The notes under the pieces are model-generated. The model made no database searches. It was not told the origin of the DNA and was given only the letters and a program-made list of their open reading frames with translations. This document shows, piece after piece, positions 1 through 10,790 of a stretch of DNA of 64,000 nucleotides. Numbering within the stretch: the stretch's first letter is position 1; every line of letters starts with the position of its first letter. The DNA is from Geosiphon pyriformis uo1. Its lineage: Eukaryota; Fungi; Glomeromycota. Made by a program: the position numbers and the translations under genes. The DNA lies in NCBI GenBank assembly GCA_016748015.1, contig JAAOMT010000183.1, positions 636,787-700,786 of the forward strand, written 5' to 3'.

Positions 1-3000
1 TAAGAGCTATGTTTACTGGAACTGTAAATCGTTCAGTTGAACCAAAATCTTGAGTTCTTCTTTCACTTTTTCCCAATTGTTCTCTGTTGTTTACTGATTG
101 TAATCTCGAAATGTTAATTAAGAGTAAGTAAATTGCTTGAGCAATTTTTTCAGCATGTTCAATTTTGAATGGTTTGTCCGTCTCATTCTGTAATATAATG
201 GTAATGTCTCTAGTGTATCCTGCATCTATAACTTCTCCTTTAATATTAATTTCTTTGCTTAACAATGATGATCTGAAGGCAATTTGAACTATTGCTTCTG
301 GTGGAATTTCAAGAGCAATTTTGAGATTGATTTTTGTCAAGGACTTTGGTTGGAGAACCAAAGTATCTTTTCCTGGGTATCTTAGATCATATCCAGTATC
401 AATTTCGTGTGTTTTTTCTGGTCTGATTCCTTGGCCATGGTTGTCAAAATATTTAAGTTGTAGAGATGGTTGCTTTTCAAGAAGATAGATGAGGGTGGTT
501 GGTAGTTCTTCTACTAGTTCAAATACTCCAAATTCGATTTTATTTTCATCATTCTTATCTGGCAGAGGAATGCTAAGAGCATAACATTCTAAACACCATT
601 GGTCATCACAAAGCATAACACATTTTTCACACAATTGAATGTTCATTTGCTCTAATCATTGAATTTAAGCTTCTTTGGTCAGATATGTGTGGCTTGCAAT
701 TTGGTAATAGGTTTCTACTTTATCTTCATAATCAAATCCAGCTAATTCCATAGTATACTCAATATATTCAGCTTCTTTCATTTGGCAGACATCTTCTTGG
801 GTGGCTCTATTAATCAATGCCATTGCTAGGTCAAAAATTATTTCAGCATCATAAGGATAGTGGTAAAGTTTATTAAGAGCACTGTTGTATGTTGCATCAA
901 ATGGTATTCTTTTTCTGACTTTTTCCGAAATTGATAGAGCATATTGACAGGTTTGATTACATACTTCTTCTCTCATTGCTACATCAATCCAATTGCATTC
1001 TTCTGGTAGCATTTCTCCACATGTAAGACAAGGTGTATTGTCCCATTTTCCACTTCTTTTTGGAGATCCAAATTGTTCTCTATGACATGCTTTGCAAAAG
1101 TAACAAGTACGAGTTTCATATTCCTCTTCTGGAGAAATATATGCTTCCATTGATGAAAGTTTTTTGTTGCAATCTTTGCATTTGAGTAGAATATAGAGTG
1201 GTTGTTTCCATGGTTCTGGTGTAGAATATCTAACTTTCTTCCATCTTTTTGATTCTTCAAAAATCTCCTGTTTTGTTTCTTCAGCCCAATTGGATGTTGC
1301 TCTAAGAGCCATGTAGGTTTTAGTAAGTGGCATTTTTTTCTCCTCTTCAAATTCAAATATTGGGGCTTTTTCTAATCGTTTGTTAAAAGTACCACAGGTT
1401 GCAGGTACTATAGTATATTGTTTTTGGTATGAGATTTTAAGTTCTTGAGTTTCCCAGTTCAGGTTTGCATTGGCCTTAAGAAGCCAATCATTTCCAACTA
1501 GAGCTTAGTATTAGGGTGCATCCATAACAAAAACTTTAACTGGAATGGTGATTCCATCAATTGAAAAAGGGAAATCATCAATTTCTCCTACTAGAGTCTT
1601 CTTTATATCATTAGCTATGACAATAACTGTTTGAGCTGGTCTGTCTACATTTTGTTTAAGTTGTTGCATCAGCTGGTAAGTGATGATACTTCCAGCCAAT
1701 CTACTATCTAAGATTAAGCGAATGGGTTTTTTTTTTACTGTAGCTTCTGTGTACATAGCAGTAATTGCTTTCTGTTTATTGACTGCTGCATTACTAAGCA
1801 GAAATGGTGATTCATTTGCTTCAAACTCAAAAGGGAATATATCTGAAAGGTTAGTGTTTTCAGCGATTCTGGCTGGTGGGATTGTGGTAGGAGTATAGGA
1901 AGGGTTTTGTTGTTGTGCTGCAGCTCTACCTTCCAAAGATGCAATATAGTAAAAATCCTGTTTTTCTGGCATTGTTAAATAACTGGGTTGAGTGTGGTAG
2001 TGGTTGGGTCTTGGTTCAGTGAAATTTCGGGGAACCAATTGGTTGTTTGAATTGATTTTGTTGTGGTTACTCTGTAATTGATTTTGGGGTGTGAATTGGT
2101 TATGTTGAACCAATCTTCTGGCTGGTATTTGATATTGTTGAGTGGGTAGTGTCTGATATGGCTGAATTGATAAAAGTTGCTAATATTGTTGCTGCATTGG
2201 TTGTGAAGCTGGTGGATAGTAACTGTTTTGATTTTGTGGTCTTGGTAAATAATAGATTGGTGATAGAGATTGGTAATAGGATTGTTGTGGTGAAGAGTAA
2301 TATTGATTACTCCTGTTTTGTTGGTCTCTTTGTAATTTCCTACAATCTCGTTTTCAGTGTCCTAGAATTCCACAATAATGACAATTTTGAAGTTGGTTGT
2401 TGGATGGTGATCCAAAATTGTTTTGGTTGTGTCATTGTAGGGGTTGATATCTTTGTGGTTGTTGTTGCTGTTGTTGTTGGTTTGTAAAGTAGCTTTCAAC
2501 CTTTTTTGTGAGTTGGTCTATCTTCTCTTCAGCTGCTGAGCTGGTTTCTCCAATTGCAAGGTTTACAAGCTTGGTGTGATTTGCTTTTTCCATTGCCATT
2601 TCATAGCTCTTTGCATGTCTAATAGCAGTTGCTAAGTCTGTTGGAGCATGTGAACAGACTTTCTTAATCAGTTTGTCTTTTAATCCTGCTATAAACTGAT
2701 CCAGAATTTGAGCATCAAAATAGTAGTCATTGGTTTCCAATTGTCAGATTTGTCTGAGAAGTTTGTTAAATCTTCCAAGATAGGTTATAACAATTTCAAA
2801 TGTTTTTTGTTTAATATTGTGAAAGCAGTTTCTGAGAGTGATAGAGGTATTGTTGTCAGTGAATTGTTGTAGAAAAGCATCTTTGAATGCTTGCCAGTTT
2901 TCAAATGGTTTTTCTAAGTTCTCAAATCATTTTTCTGCTGTTCCTTGGAGAAAGTAGGAAATTGCTTTGAGCATTCTTGCTGCGATCCAACCATTTGCAT

Positions 3001-3814
3001 CTTCTGCTTTTTGAACTTTGTCAAGCCATTTTTGAGGACTGGTATCATTGTCTTCACCAGTGAATTCTGGGATTTTTGCAATGTAAGCAGTTGCCATTTT
3101 TTCTTTGTTTTTTGTAATTTCTTCTGGTTCTGATTCAGTTTCTTCACTTTCCAAGCTTTCTGAGTGATTACTTTCGTTTTCTTGTAAGTAATTAATGATA
3201 TTGGCACTTGTTGATATTGGTTCCTGTTGTTGAGTAGGATTTCTAGGTGACTGAAAATCTTTTGGTCTGGAGAAATGATTAAGTGGTGAACTTGGTGTTT
3301 GTGGTTAAACAAGTGAAATTAGAAATGGTGTAATAGAAAGTGGTAATTTGACACTGGTTCTTTGTTCAGGTGTTTGCAAGTGTCTGGCAGTTGTCTTTTG
3401 TAATGTTGGAGTGTTTGGAGTGGTTCTTGAGTATTGCTTCAATCTTTGTTTGCCTTTGTTGTTTGTTTTTGTCTCTGATTCAAAGTCAAAAGAGTATTTA
3501 GACTGTACTGGGTATTTTTCTTCACAATACTCAATAATATTAAAATTAAGTTCTTGGAAGTAGGTAGCAAGTGTTTCACTGTTCAGGTTTTGTATTCCCA
3601 ATTGTAAATAGTGCACTAAATTATTGTAGAGGTTGCTTCTAACTTCTGAAATGTTGTAGTTTCCAAAAAGATAATTGTTGATGTGGTTTTCAATGTATTT
3701 TTATACTGATTTCTTGACAACTTCAATTCTGTCTGGAATGTTGAATCTTTGCTTGCAGTGGATGTAAATTGACTAATAATACTCTAGAGTTGTTGTGTTT
3801 GGTGTGGTCGTCAC
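1..3814 (-). pseudogene. gag-pol: A1 gag-protease-Cys-rich-dUTPase polyprotein, interrupted by stop codons
   Basis: MATAYIAKIPEFTGE capsid start, QFIAGL motif, LILDS(G) aspartic protease, CxxC region 665-1333, dUTPase-like GYDLRYP near 390. Confidence 0.88.
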
Positions 3815-3840
3815 TTTGAATTTGTTGTTGTTGTGTTATT

Positions 3841-3857
3841 TCCATGGGAGAGCACCA
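3841..3857 (-). promoter_or_regulatory. Primer binding site of A1
   Basis: TGGTGCTCTCCCATGG, 2 nt inside the LTR end; starts with TGG, the complement of tRNA CCA. Confidence 0.85.
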
Positions 3858-3859
3858 AA

Positions 3860-4830
3860 TGTTACTAGAAATTTTTGGTCTCTTTTCTTGAATATTGTAA
3901 ATGTCTGTTGGTTGCAAATTCACGTTTTTTAAAAGTAGTTGAACCTCCAATAACTGAATTTATCTTCAAATTATCTTCTATAATTTGAACTGCTGGGCTT
4001 ATAGGTAGAATGACCAATTCTTTGCCAGTTATTTTATGTAGTTATATTGTAGTAAATGTCAACTCTTTTCCAGGAATTGCTCATTTGGAAGCTCACTAAA
4101 ATGTGTAGTTACTTTGTTGTGAAAGTCAACTCTTCTACAGGAATCTCATCTGTAGGCTACCCTAATGATTATAATAAGAAAAGAAAAGAAAAATAAAAGA
4201 AATGTAAAAGAAATAGAATTCTGTCAAGAGAAACGTTTTTTATTCAGGCCTGGAATCACTAACAATTTACTGAAATTGGTAGCTAATCAATTTCAAAATA
4301 TTAGTTGGGTTTTGGGGATTTTCCAAGTGCAATAATTAAAAAATTTGGTTTTTTCAAATTATTTGATATTTATTTTTTTTTGTGTATATAGGAACAGTTC
4401 TAAGAGATAAATCTAAAGTAAGATACATTTTCTTGAAGAAAAAAGCTTTTTTTTTATACAACTTGTTGTAATACTAGTCTATGAACTTGCACTTTTTCTT
4501 TTTGTTCAAATTTTGGCAAACTAAAGATACATTTTAATGAACTACAAGTTATTTTGCTGAACTATTAATTAATTTGGGTGAACTATTCATAATTTTGGCA
4601 AATTTCTGTAAATTTCGGTGAATTTTAGAATGTTACAAAGTTCAAAGTATTGTGTAATTTGATCATCCTACTTTCTGTTATACTAATTAGATTATTTTAA
4701 TTAAATCGTAATATGTGATAATTGATTAAATAATAAATGATAATTTGAAATGATATTAATATACTAATTAATTATAGGAATTATAAGGGTAATTTCATGC
4801 TAATTAATAGCTAAAATTCTATTGGTAACA
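3860..4830 (-). repeat. 5' LTR of A1 (about 971 bp)
   Basis: TGTTAC...GTAACA termini; closely similar to 30269-31230. Confidence 0.93.
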
Positions 4831-5698
4831 ACGTAGCTTTTCTTCTATAAACTAGTTCAAATAGTGTGAAGTGTGTCGTATTTTGCTTTAGTGTTTGGTA
4901 TGCAAAGAGTACTGAAGGTATGAATAAGTCTCATTCTTGTTCATTTTCTTGACTTATTTTTGCTAGTGTTTCACAAAGTATTTGGTTAAACTGTTCTATC
5001 AGTTCATTAGTTTGTGGGTGGTATGGTGACAATAAAAGACATTTTATACCAAACTATTGGCTTAATTCTGTTAACATATTATTAATAAAATGTGTTCCTT
5101 GATCAGATAACAATTCTTTTGGACACTCATGTTAGCAAATTAGGTCTTGATGTATGAACTCGGCTACTGTTTTGGCATTAGCCACTTGAATTGCTCTGGC
5201 TTCTGGCCATTTTGTAAGATAATTAATGACTACAGTGATATATTGATTTTTTTTGGATGTAATTGAGAGAGAACCAACCAAATTGATCTCAATTCTATTA
5301 AATAAATTTCCAACTGGAATGAATCAAAGTGGTTCTGTTGATCTTGCTTCTCCTTTTCGCTGGCATGTGTTATAATTGAACACATATTCGAAAATGTCTT
5401 TGTATATTATTGGTCAATAGTATAAATTTAGTGTTCTTTCGAGAATAGCATCTTTGTTAAAGTGTTCTGACATTGGATCTGAGTGCATGCTATATAGTAT
5501 AGTTTCTTTTTTACTGTTCTTGATTAGTTGTTGTGGGGTGGAGTGGTTTCAGCATTCTTGTTGATATAGTTGGTTGTCTTGAATAAAATAATTTCAGGCT
5601 TGTTTTCATATGGTACTTTGTTCCTGTTGAGATAATATCTCCTTGAAATGTAGTGTTGATAGGTACTGATGTAGTCATTAATAAGTGAGTGTGTCTAT
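4831..5698 (-). pseudogene. int: B1 integrase, N-terminal and core part
   Basis: Colinear with the B2 integrase: HSD...H...C..C zinc finger, SDQGTHF, PYHPQTN. Confidence 0.88.
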
Positions 5699-5708
5699 AG
5701 GTCTGGGA

Positions 5709-7567
5709 TTAAGTTTGTGGCATTCTCGACAAACTGTTAGCATTGGTGTTCTTGAATTCTTCTTTGTAATGAACTTTGAGTGAGAATTGTTGCAGATAAG
5801 TACTCTATCTTGCATATTTTCCTTTTAGTTGTGGATTGTTGAGTAATCAAATAAGTTCTTTGTGGTTGGTATATAGGTCAAATGGTTAATTGAGGTAATG
5901 TTTTCAAGTCTGTATGGCCCAATAAATGGTAAGACATTCCAGATCTGTTGTGCTGTAATTTTTTTCTGCTGGGCTCGTGCTACAACTGACATAGGCAACT
6001 GGATGTTTTCTATTGTCTGGTTCTATCTGTGATAAGACTGCTCCTAGAGCATTTTTTGAGACATCTATAGTAACAATAAACTATTTAGTGAAATCTGGGT
6101 AAATCAGGATTGGGGAAGTGATCAATCACTGCTTGAGATAATCAAATGCCTTCTGTTGATCTTCCTTTCACAAGTACAGTACATATTTGAACAACAAATA
6201 ATGGAGTGGTTTTGTGATGTTCAAAAAACCTTTGACAAATTGATGATAATATTCTGCCAATTCTAGAAATCTTTGTAATTCTTTGAGGTTGATTGGGGCT
6301 AAAAAATTTTTGACTTTTTGGACCTTATCTGGATTGGGTTTGACTCCATCTTTGCTGATTATATGTCTTAAGAATTTTAACTTGGTTTTTCCAAAGAAGC
6401 ATTTATCGGGGTTGAGTTTCAATCTGGCATTATGAAGGTGTTCGAAGACTTGTTGCAGATGGAGCAAATGATTGTCAAACATTTCAGAGAAAACATTGGT
6501 GTTGTCTAGATATACTATGACTGATTTCCACAGGATTCCTTTGTATATGATATTCATGAAGCATTGGAATGTGGCAGAAGTGTTGCAGAGTTCAAAAGAC
6601 ATTACATTAAACTCGAAGTTTCCATCTCAAGTAGTAAACACTGTTTTTCCTTTGTCTTTGGGGTCCATTTCAACTTGCCAATAACCACTTGCTAGATCTA
6701 ATAACAAGAACCATTTCTTTTTTCCTAAATTGTCCAGAATTTCTTGGATAAGGGGAGTAGAATAACTATTTCTTCGAATGATGCTGTTTAGTTTCCTGTA
6801 GTCCATGCAAAATCATATCTTTCCATTTTTCTTAGTAACTAGGACTACTGGAGAGGACCAAGGGCTTAACAATTCTTTGATTAAACTATTGTCAAGCATT
6901 TGTTATACTTTTTGCTTAATTAAGTTATTACCAGATGGGGGTACTTGGTAAGCTTGTTGCTTGATAAGTCGAGCAGCTTCTGTGTTGATTTGGTGTTTTA
7001 TGATAGTATGTCCAAATTCATTTTCGCTGGCAAAAACATCAGCATACTGATTCAGAAGAACTTTGAGTTGCATCTGTTGTAGGATACTTAAGTTTCCTAA
7101 ATTCAATTTATTGATCTCTTCTGGTGTAAACAGATAACTTTTTTTTGGCAAATTCTATACTTGTGACATAATGTCACAGAATAAGAACAATTGTGCAAAA
7201 TTTGAAATAGACTGGGGTTTCTCAGGGTTCTAAATATCTGTGGATATAGAACTGATGAGGATTCCTTTAGGAATTTTTATAATATCTTTGGTTGGATTGT
7301 GAATAGAGATTTTGAAGTGTTTATGAGTTTTTACTGATAGATACAAGTTAGTGACATCAGTTAGAAAGCAAATTTCAGGATCGGTTTCAAATAGCAGGGC
7401 CTGGTCTTGAATTTTCTGATTCACTTTAAGGAGATATTGTCGATAAGGAGGGATGGAAATAATGGTGTCAGTGTAGATAAATTCTATCTGGTCACTGTCT
7501 TCCTTTGCAAAATTGACTAGTACATTTTTTCTTTTACTTGATCCGAACTTATTGATTCCTCGGGCAG
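5709..7567 (-). pseudogene. pol: B1 reverse transcriptase-RNase H (plus dUTPase C-terminus)
   Basis: SPWSSPV, DLASGYWQ, YLDN (YLDD-derived), RNase H ending ANSLSRMPQT*. Confidence 0.9.
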
Positions 7568-8550
7568 TGTTACCGGAGGTTTTTGGTCTCTTTTCTTAAA
7601 TGTTGTTAATGTTGATTTGTTGTAAATTCACGTTTCCAGGAAGTAGTTGGATCTCCAGTAACTGAATTTATCTTCAAATTATCTCCTATAATTTGAACTT
7701 GTTGGGCTTATGAGTGGAATGGCCAATTTTGTGCCAGTTGCTTTATGTAGTTATGTTGTAGTAAACGTCAACTCTTTCCCAAGAATTGCTCGTCTGGAAG
7801 CTTACTAAAAATGTGTAGTTACTTTGCTGTGAAAGTCAACTCTTCTACAGGAATCTCGTCTGTAGGCTACCCTAATGATTGTAATAAGAAAAAAAAATAA
7901 AAATAAAAGAAATGTAAAAGAAATAGGATTTTTATCAAGGGAAACGTTTTTCTATTCAGGTCTGGAGTCACTAACAGTTTACTGAAATTGGTAGCTAATC
8001 AATTTCAAAATGTTAGTTGGGTTTTTGAGAATTTTCTAAGTGCAATAATTTAAAAAATTTGGTTTTTCCAATTATTTGATATTAATTTCTTTTTGTGTAT
8101 GTAAGAATGATTCTAAGTGATAAATCTAAAGTAAGATACATTTTCTCGAAGAGAGAAGCTCTTCTTTTATACAACTTGTCATAACACTATTCTATGAACT
8201 TGAACTTTGCTATTTTCTACAATTTTGCTGAACTAAAGATATATTTCGGTAAACTACAAGTTATTTCTGTGAACTATTAGATATTTCGGTAAACTATTAA
8301 TTATTTCAGCAAATTTCTACAAATTTCAGCGAACTTTTGAATGTTACATAGTTCAGGGTATTGCATGATTGATCATCGCAATTAGGTTACATTTGTGTTG
8401 TGTACAAATTGGGTTATTAATTAAATGATAATTTTGAACATTTTGCTAATGTAATAAGTGATAATTTGAAACGATAATATATGCTAATTAATGATAGGAA
8501 TTATGAGATAGTTTCATGCTAAATGATATCTCTAATTTTGTCTGGTAACA
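7568..8550 (-). repeat. 3' LTR of A2
   Basis: TGTTAC...GTAACA; direct repeat of 16456-17438. Confidence 0.95.
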
Positions 8551-9238
8551 TAATCTCCTCCTCAAGACTGAGCTCTGTTGAAGTCCAAGTACTGTCTGTT
8601 ATTTCCAGATAATAATCCAAAATTATTGAAGAAATTTGGTCTGAAAATTGTTGAAATTTCAGTTCTGTAAGCTTTCCAATGTATTAAATCTTCAAAGGTT
8701 GAAAAATTGGGTTTTGTAGTACGTTTTCACAGATGTGGAATAGGTCATAAAGTCTAAGAGCAGCTCTAAGCCTATAACAACTGTTTGTTAATTCAGCTGT
8801 TGTCTTGAATTCATTGTGGAGTTGTTTCTGAATAGCTTTTTTTGTGAGGTTTGCTGTTGTAAGTTCCAGTTTCCATTCGTAGAGTGTTTTTCCAATGTGA
8901 AAATATCTATAGATTAGAGGATATTCAGTGTTTTTCTCATTGAGACACAGTTGAAGTTTTTGTTGACTTGTAGCATTTGGTGAGATACTAATCAGAATGA
9001 GCATTAGATTTTCTCTTAAAGCAAGCTTTAAAAGTTCTGGCAGGTGAATTCTAGTATAACTTCTTGTGTTCTTTTTATATGAATGATATTTTTGTGAATT
9101 TGGGGCTAAATTTGTAACTACTTCTGTTTGGGTATAATTTATGTGGTTTCCAGTAATAGTAATGGATAATTCAGGTATTGTTTTTAAAGCTAACATTAGT
9201 TTTTGGGATAATTGTTGAATGTTTTAAGGAATAGTCAT
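8519..9238 (-). pseudogene. A2 ORF3, unknown accessory protein (about 240 codons, two internal stops, runs into the 3' LTR)
   Basis: Extends ORF 8684-9196 in frame; similar ORFs at the same position in families B, C and D. Confidence 0.72.
8554..8563 (-). promoter_or_regulatory. Polypurine tract of A2
   Basis: GAGGAGGAGA just upstream of the 3' LTR. Confidence 0.8.
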
Positions 9239-9353
9239 TATAAGCACTTGAAAAAAATAAAAATTTATTTTTGGTTTATGGGTTTTTATGTTATTTTTGT
9301 TTTGTTTTTGTGAGATTGTTCTAAATTATAAAAGAATAACTAGTAAAATTAAA

Positions 9354-10739
9354 TTAAGTATTCAGGTTGAAAGGTTGTTTAATGATAACTATTGGTTCTA
9401 AGTTTCAGGGAATATCTTTGGGACTGATCAAAGGGGAATATGTACCAATTTGTGGAATTAATGGTTCAGAATTGTTTCTGGAATGATAGTGTTTCAAACG
9501 ATCTCCATGTGCAACTTTTGCTAGGATTTTGTTATCAAGTCTTAGCTTGTATGATCTATTGCCTAGGACTTTATGGATAAAGAATGGTCTATCCCATTTA
9601 TTTTCAAATTTTCCACTCCATTGTTTTTCAGCTTTAGTTCTGTGTAAAAGAACTTTGTTTCCAATTTTGAATTTATTGGTGACTGAATGTAATTTATCAT
9701 CATGCCGTTCTTTTTGTTGAGCTTGGGAGTGTTCAATATGGGTGGCTGCTATTTGTTGTTTTCCTTCCAATGTGCTAAGCAGAGTGTAGGCTCTTCGCTG
9801 AAGTGTTTCTTGGAAATTGTTTTCATCAATCAGTTGTGCTGGGTATGTTTCCACTGTGAAACTAATTGGTAATGTTGCCATCCTTCCATAAGTTAAATCA
9901 AATGGTGTGTGTTTTGTGGTATCTTGTTTTAATGTCCTATATACTAATAACACTGATGGAATAAAGAGATCCCATTCTTGCCCAAAATTGGTTGAGACTT
10001 TGGCTAATGACTCACACAATGTTCTGTTAAAATGTTCTACAAGTCTATTTGTTTGTGGATGATAGGACGAAAACAGAGGTCTTTTGACATTGAATCATTC
10101 GCAAATTTTTTGTATCAGGTTGTTCACAAAGTGTGTCCCCTGATCAGATAAAAGTTCAATTGGACATCCATGTCTACAAATGATGTCTTCATAGATGAAA
10201 TTTGCTACTGATTTTGCATCTGCTTGTTGAATGGTTCTGGCTTCGGGCCATTTAATAAGATAGTTTACAGCTACTGCAATATAACGGTTTCCTTGAGTGG
10301 TGATAGATAGTGGTCCGACTAAATTGATACCAATTCAGTCAAAGGGTTGTCCAACTTTGATTGGATTTAATGGTTCAGTAGAGTGTGTTCCTTCTCTTCT
10401 TTGACAACTATCACAAGATTCGACATATTCATGAATGTCTTTTCTCATTCGAGGCCAAAAGTAGTATTCTAATGTTCTTTGGGTGGTGCTATCTTTTTCA
10501 AAGTGTGCTGATAAAGGATCTGAGTGCATGTTGTATAATATGGTTTCTTTTTCTTGTTCTTGTATTAATCTGAGTGGTTTGTTTGGATTTTTGAAATTTT
10601 GATGATAAATAATGTTGTTGTGTAGAAAATATTGTTTGGCTTGTTATTGTAGTTAATGTTTTTCATCTGGAGACTAATCTGTTGGGATTGTTAATGTTTC
10701 CAAATATTGTTTGAGATTGTTGTAGTTTTTTGAATTCAT
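9354..10739 (-). pseudogene. int: A2 integrase (separate ORF)
   Basis: HHCC zinc finger (HSD...H...CDSC), SDQGTHF, GPF-type motif; own ATG at 10739. Confidence 0.9.
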
Positions 10740-10790
10740 TGTTTGTTGGCTCTTTTGGTTGGTTAAGTTGAGTGTTGGTTTTTGTGTTTT

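Larger units (their letters stand above)
1..4830 (-). mobile_element. Ty3/Gypsy LTR retrotransposon A1 (5' part; the rest lies left of the window), inserted in the integrase of B1
   Basis: 5' LTR 3860-4830, PBS, gag/PR/dUTPase fragments; the right flank resumes B-type integrase sequence (compare 54380). Confidence 0.93.

Noticed and set aside
1680-1898. Antisense ORFs opposite protease and RT (also 14296-14514, 57095-57349, 62429-62647)
   Set aside because: Shadow ORFs of conserved coding sequence on the other strand.
8684-9196. ORF3 as an envelope gene
   Set aside because: Short, with no visible signal peptide, transmembrane helix or cleavage site; kept as an unknown accessory ORF.
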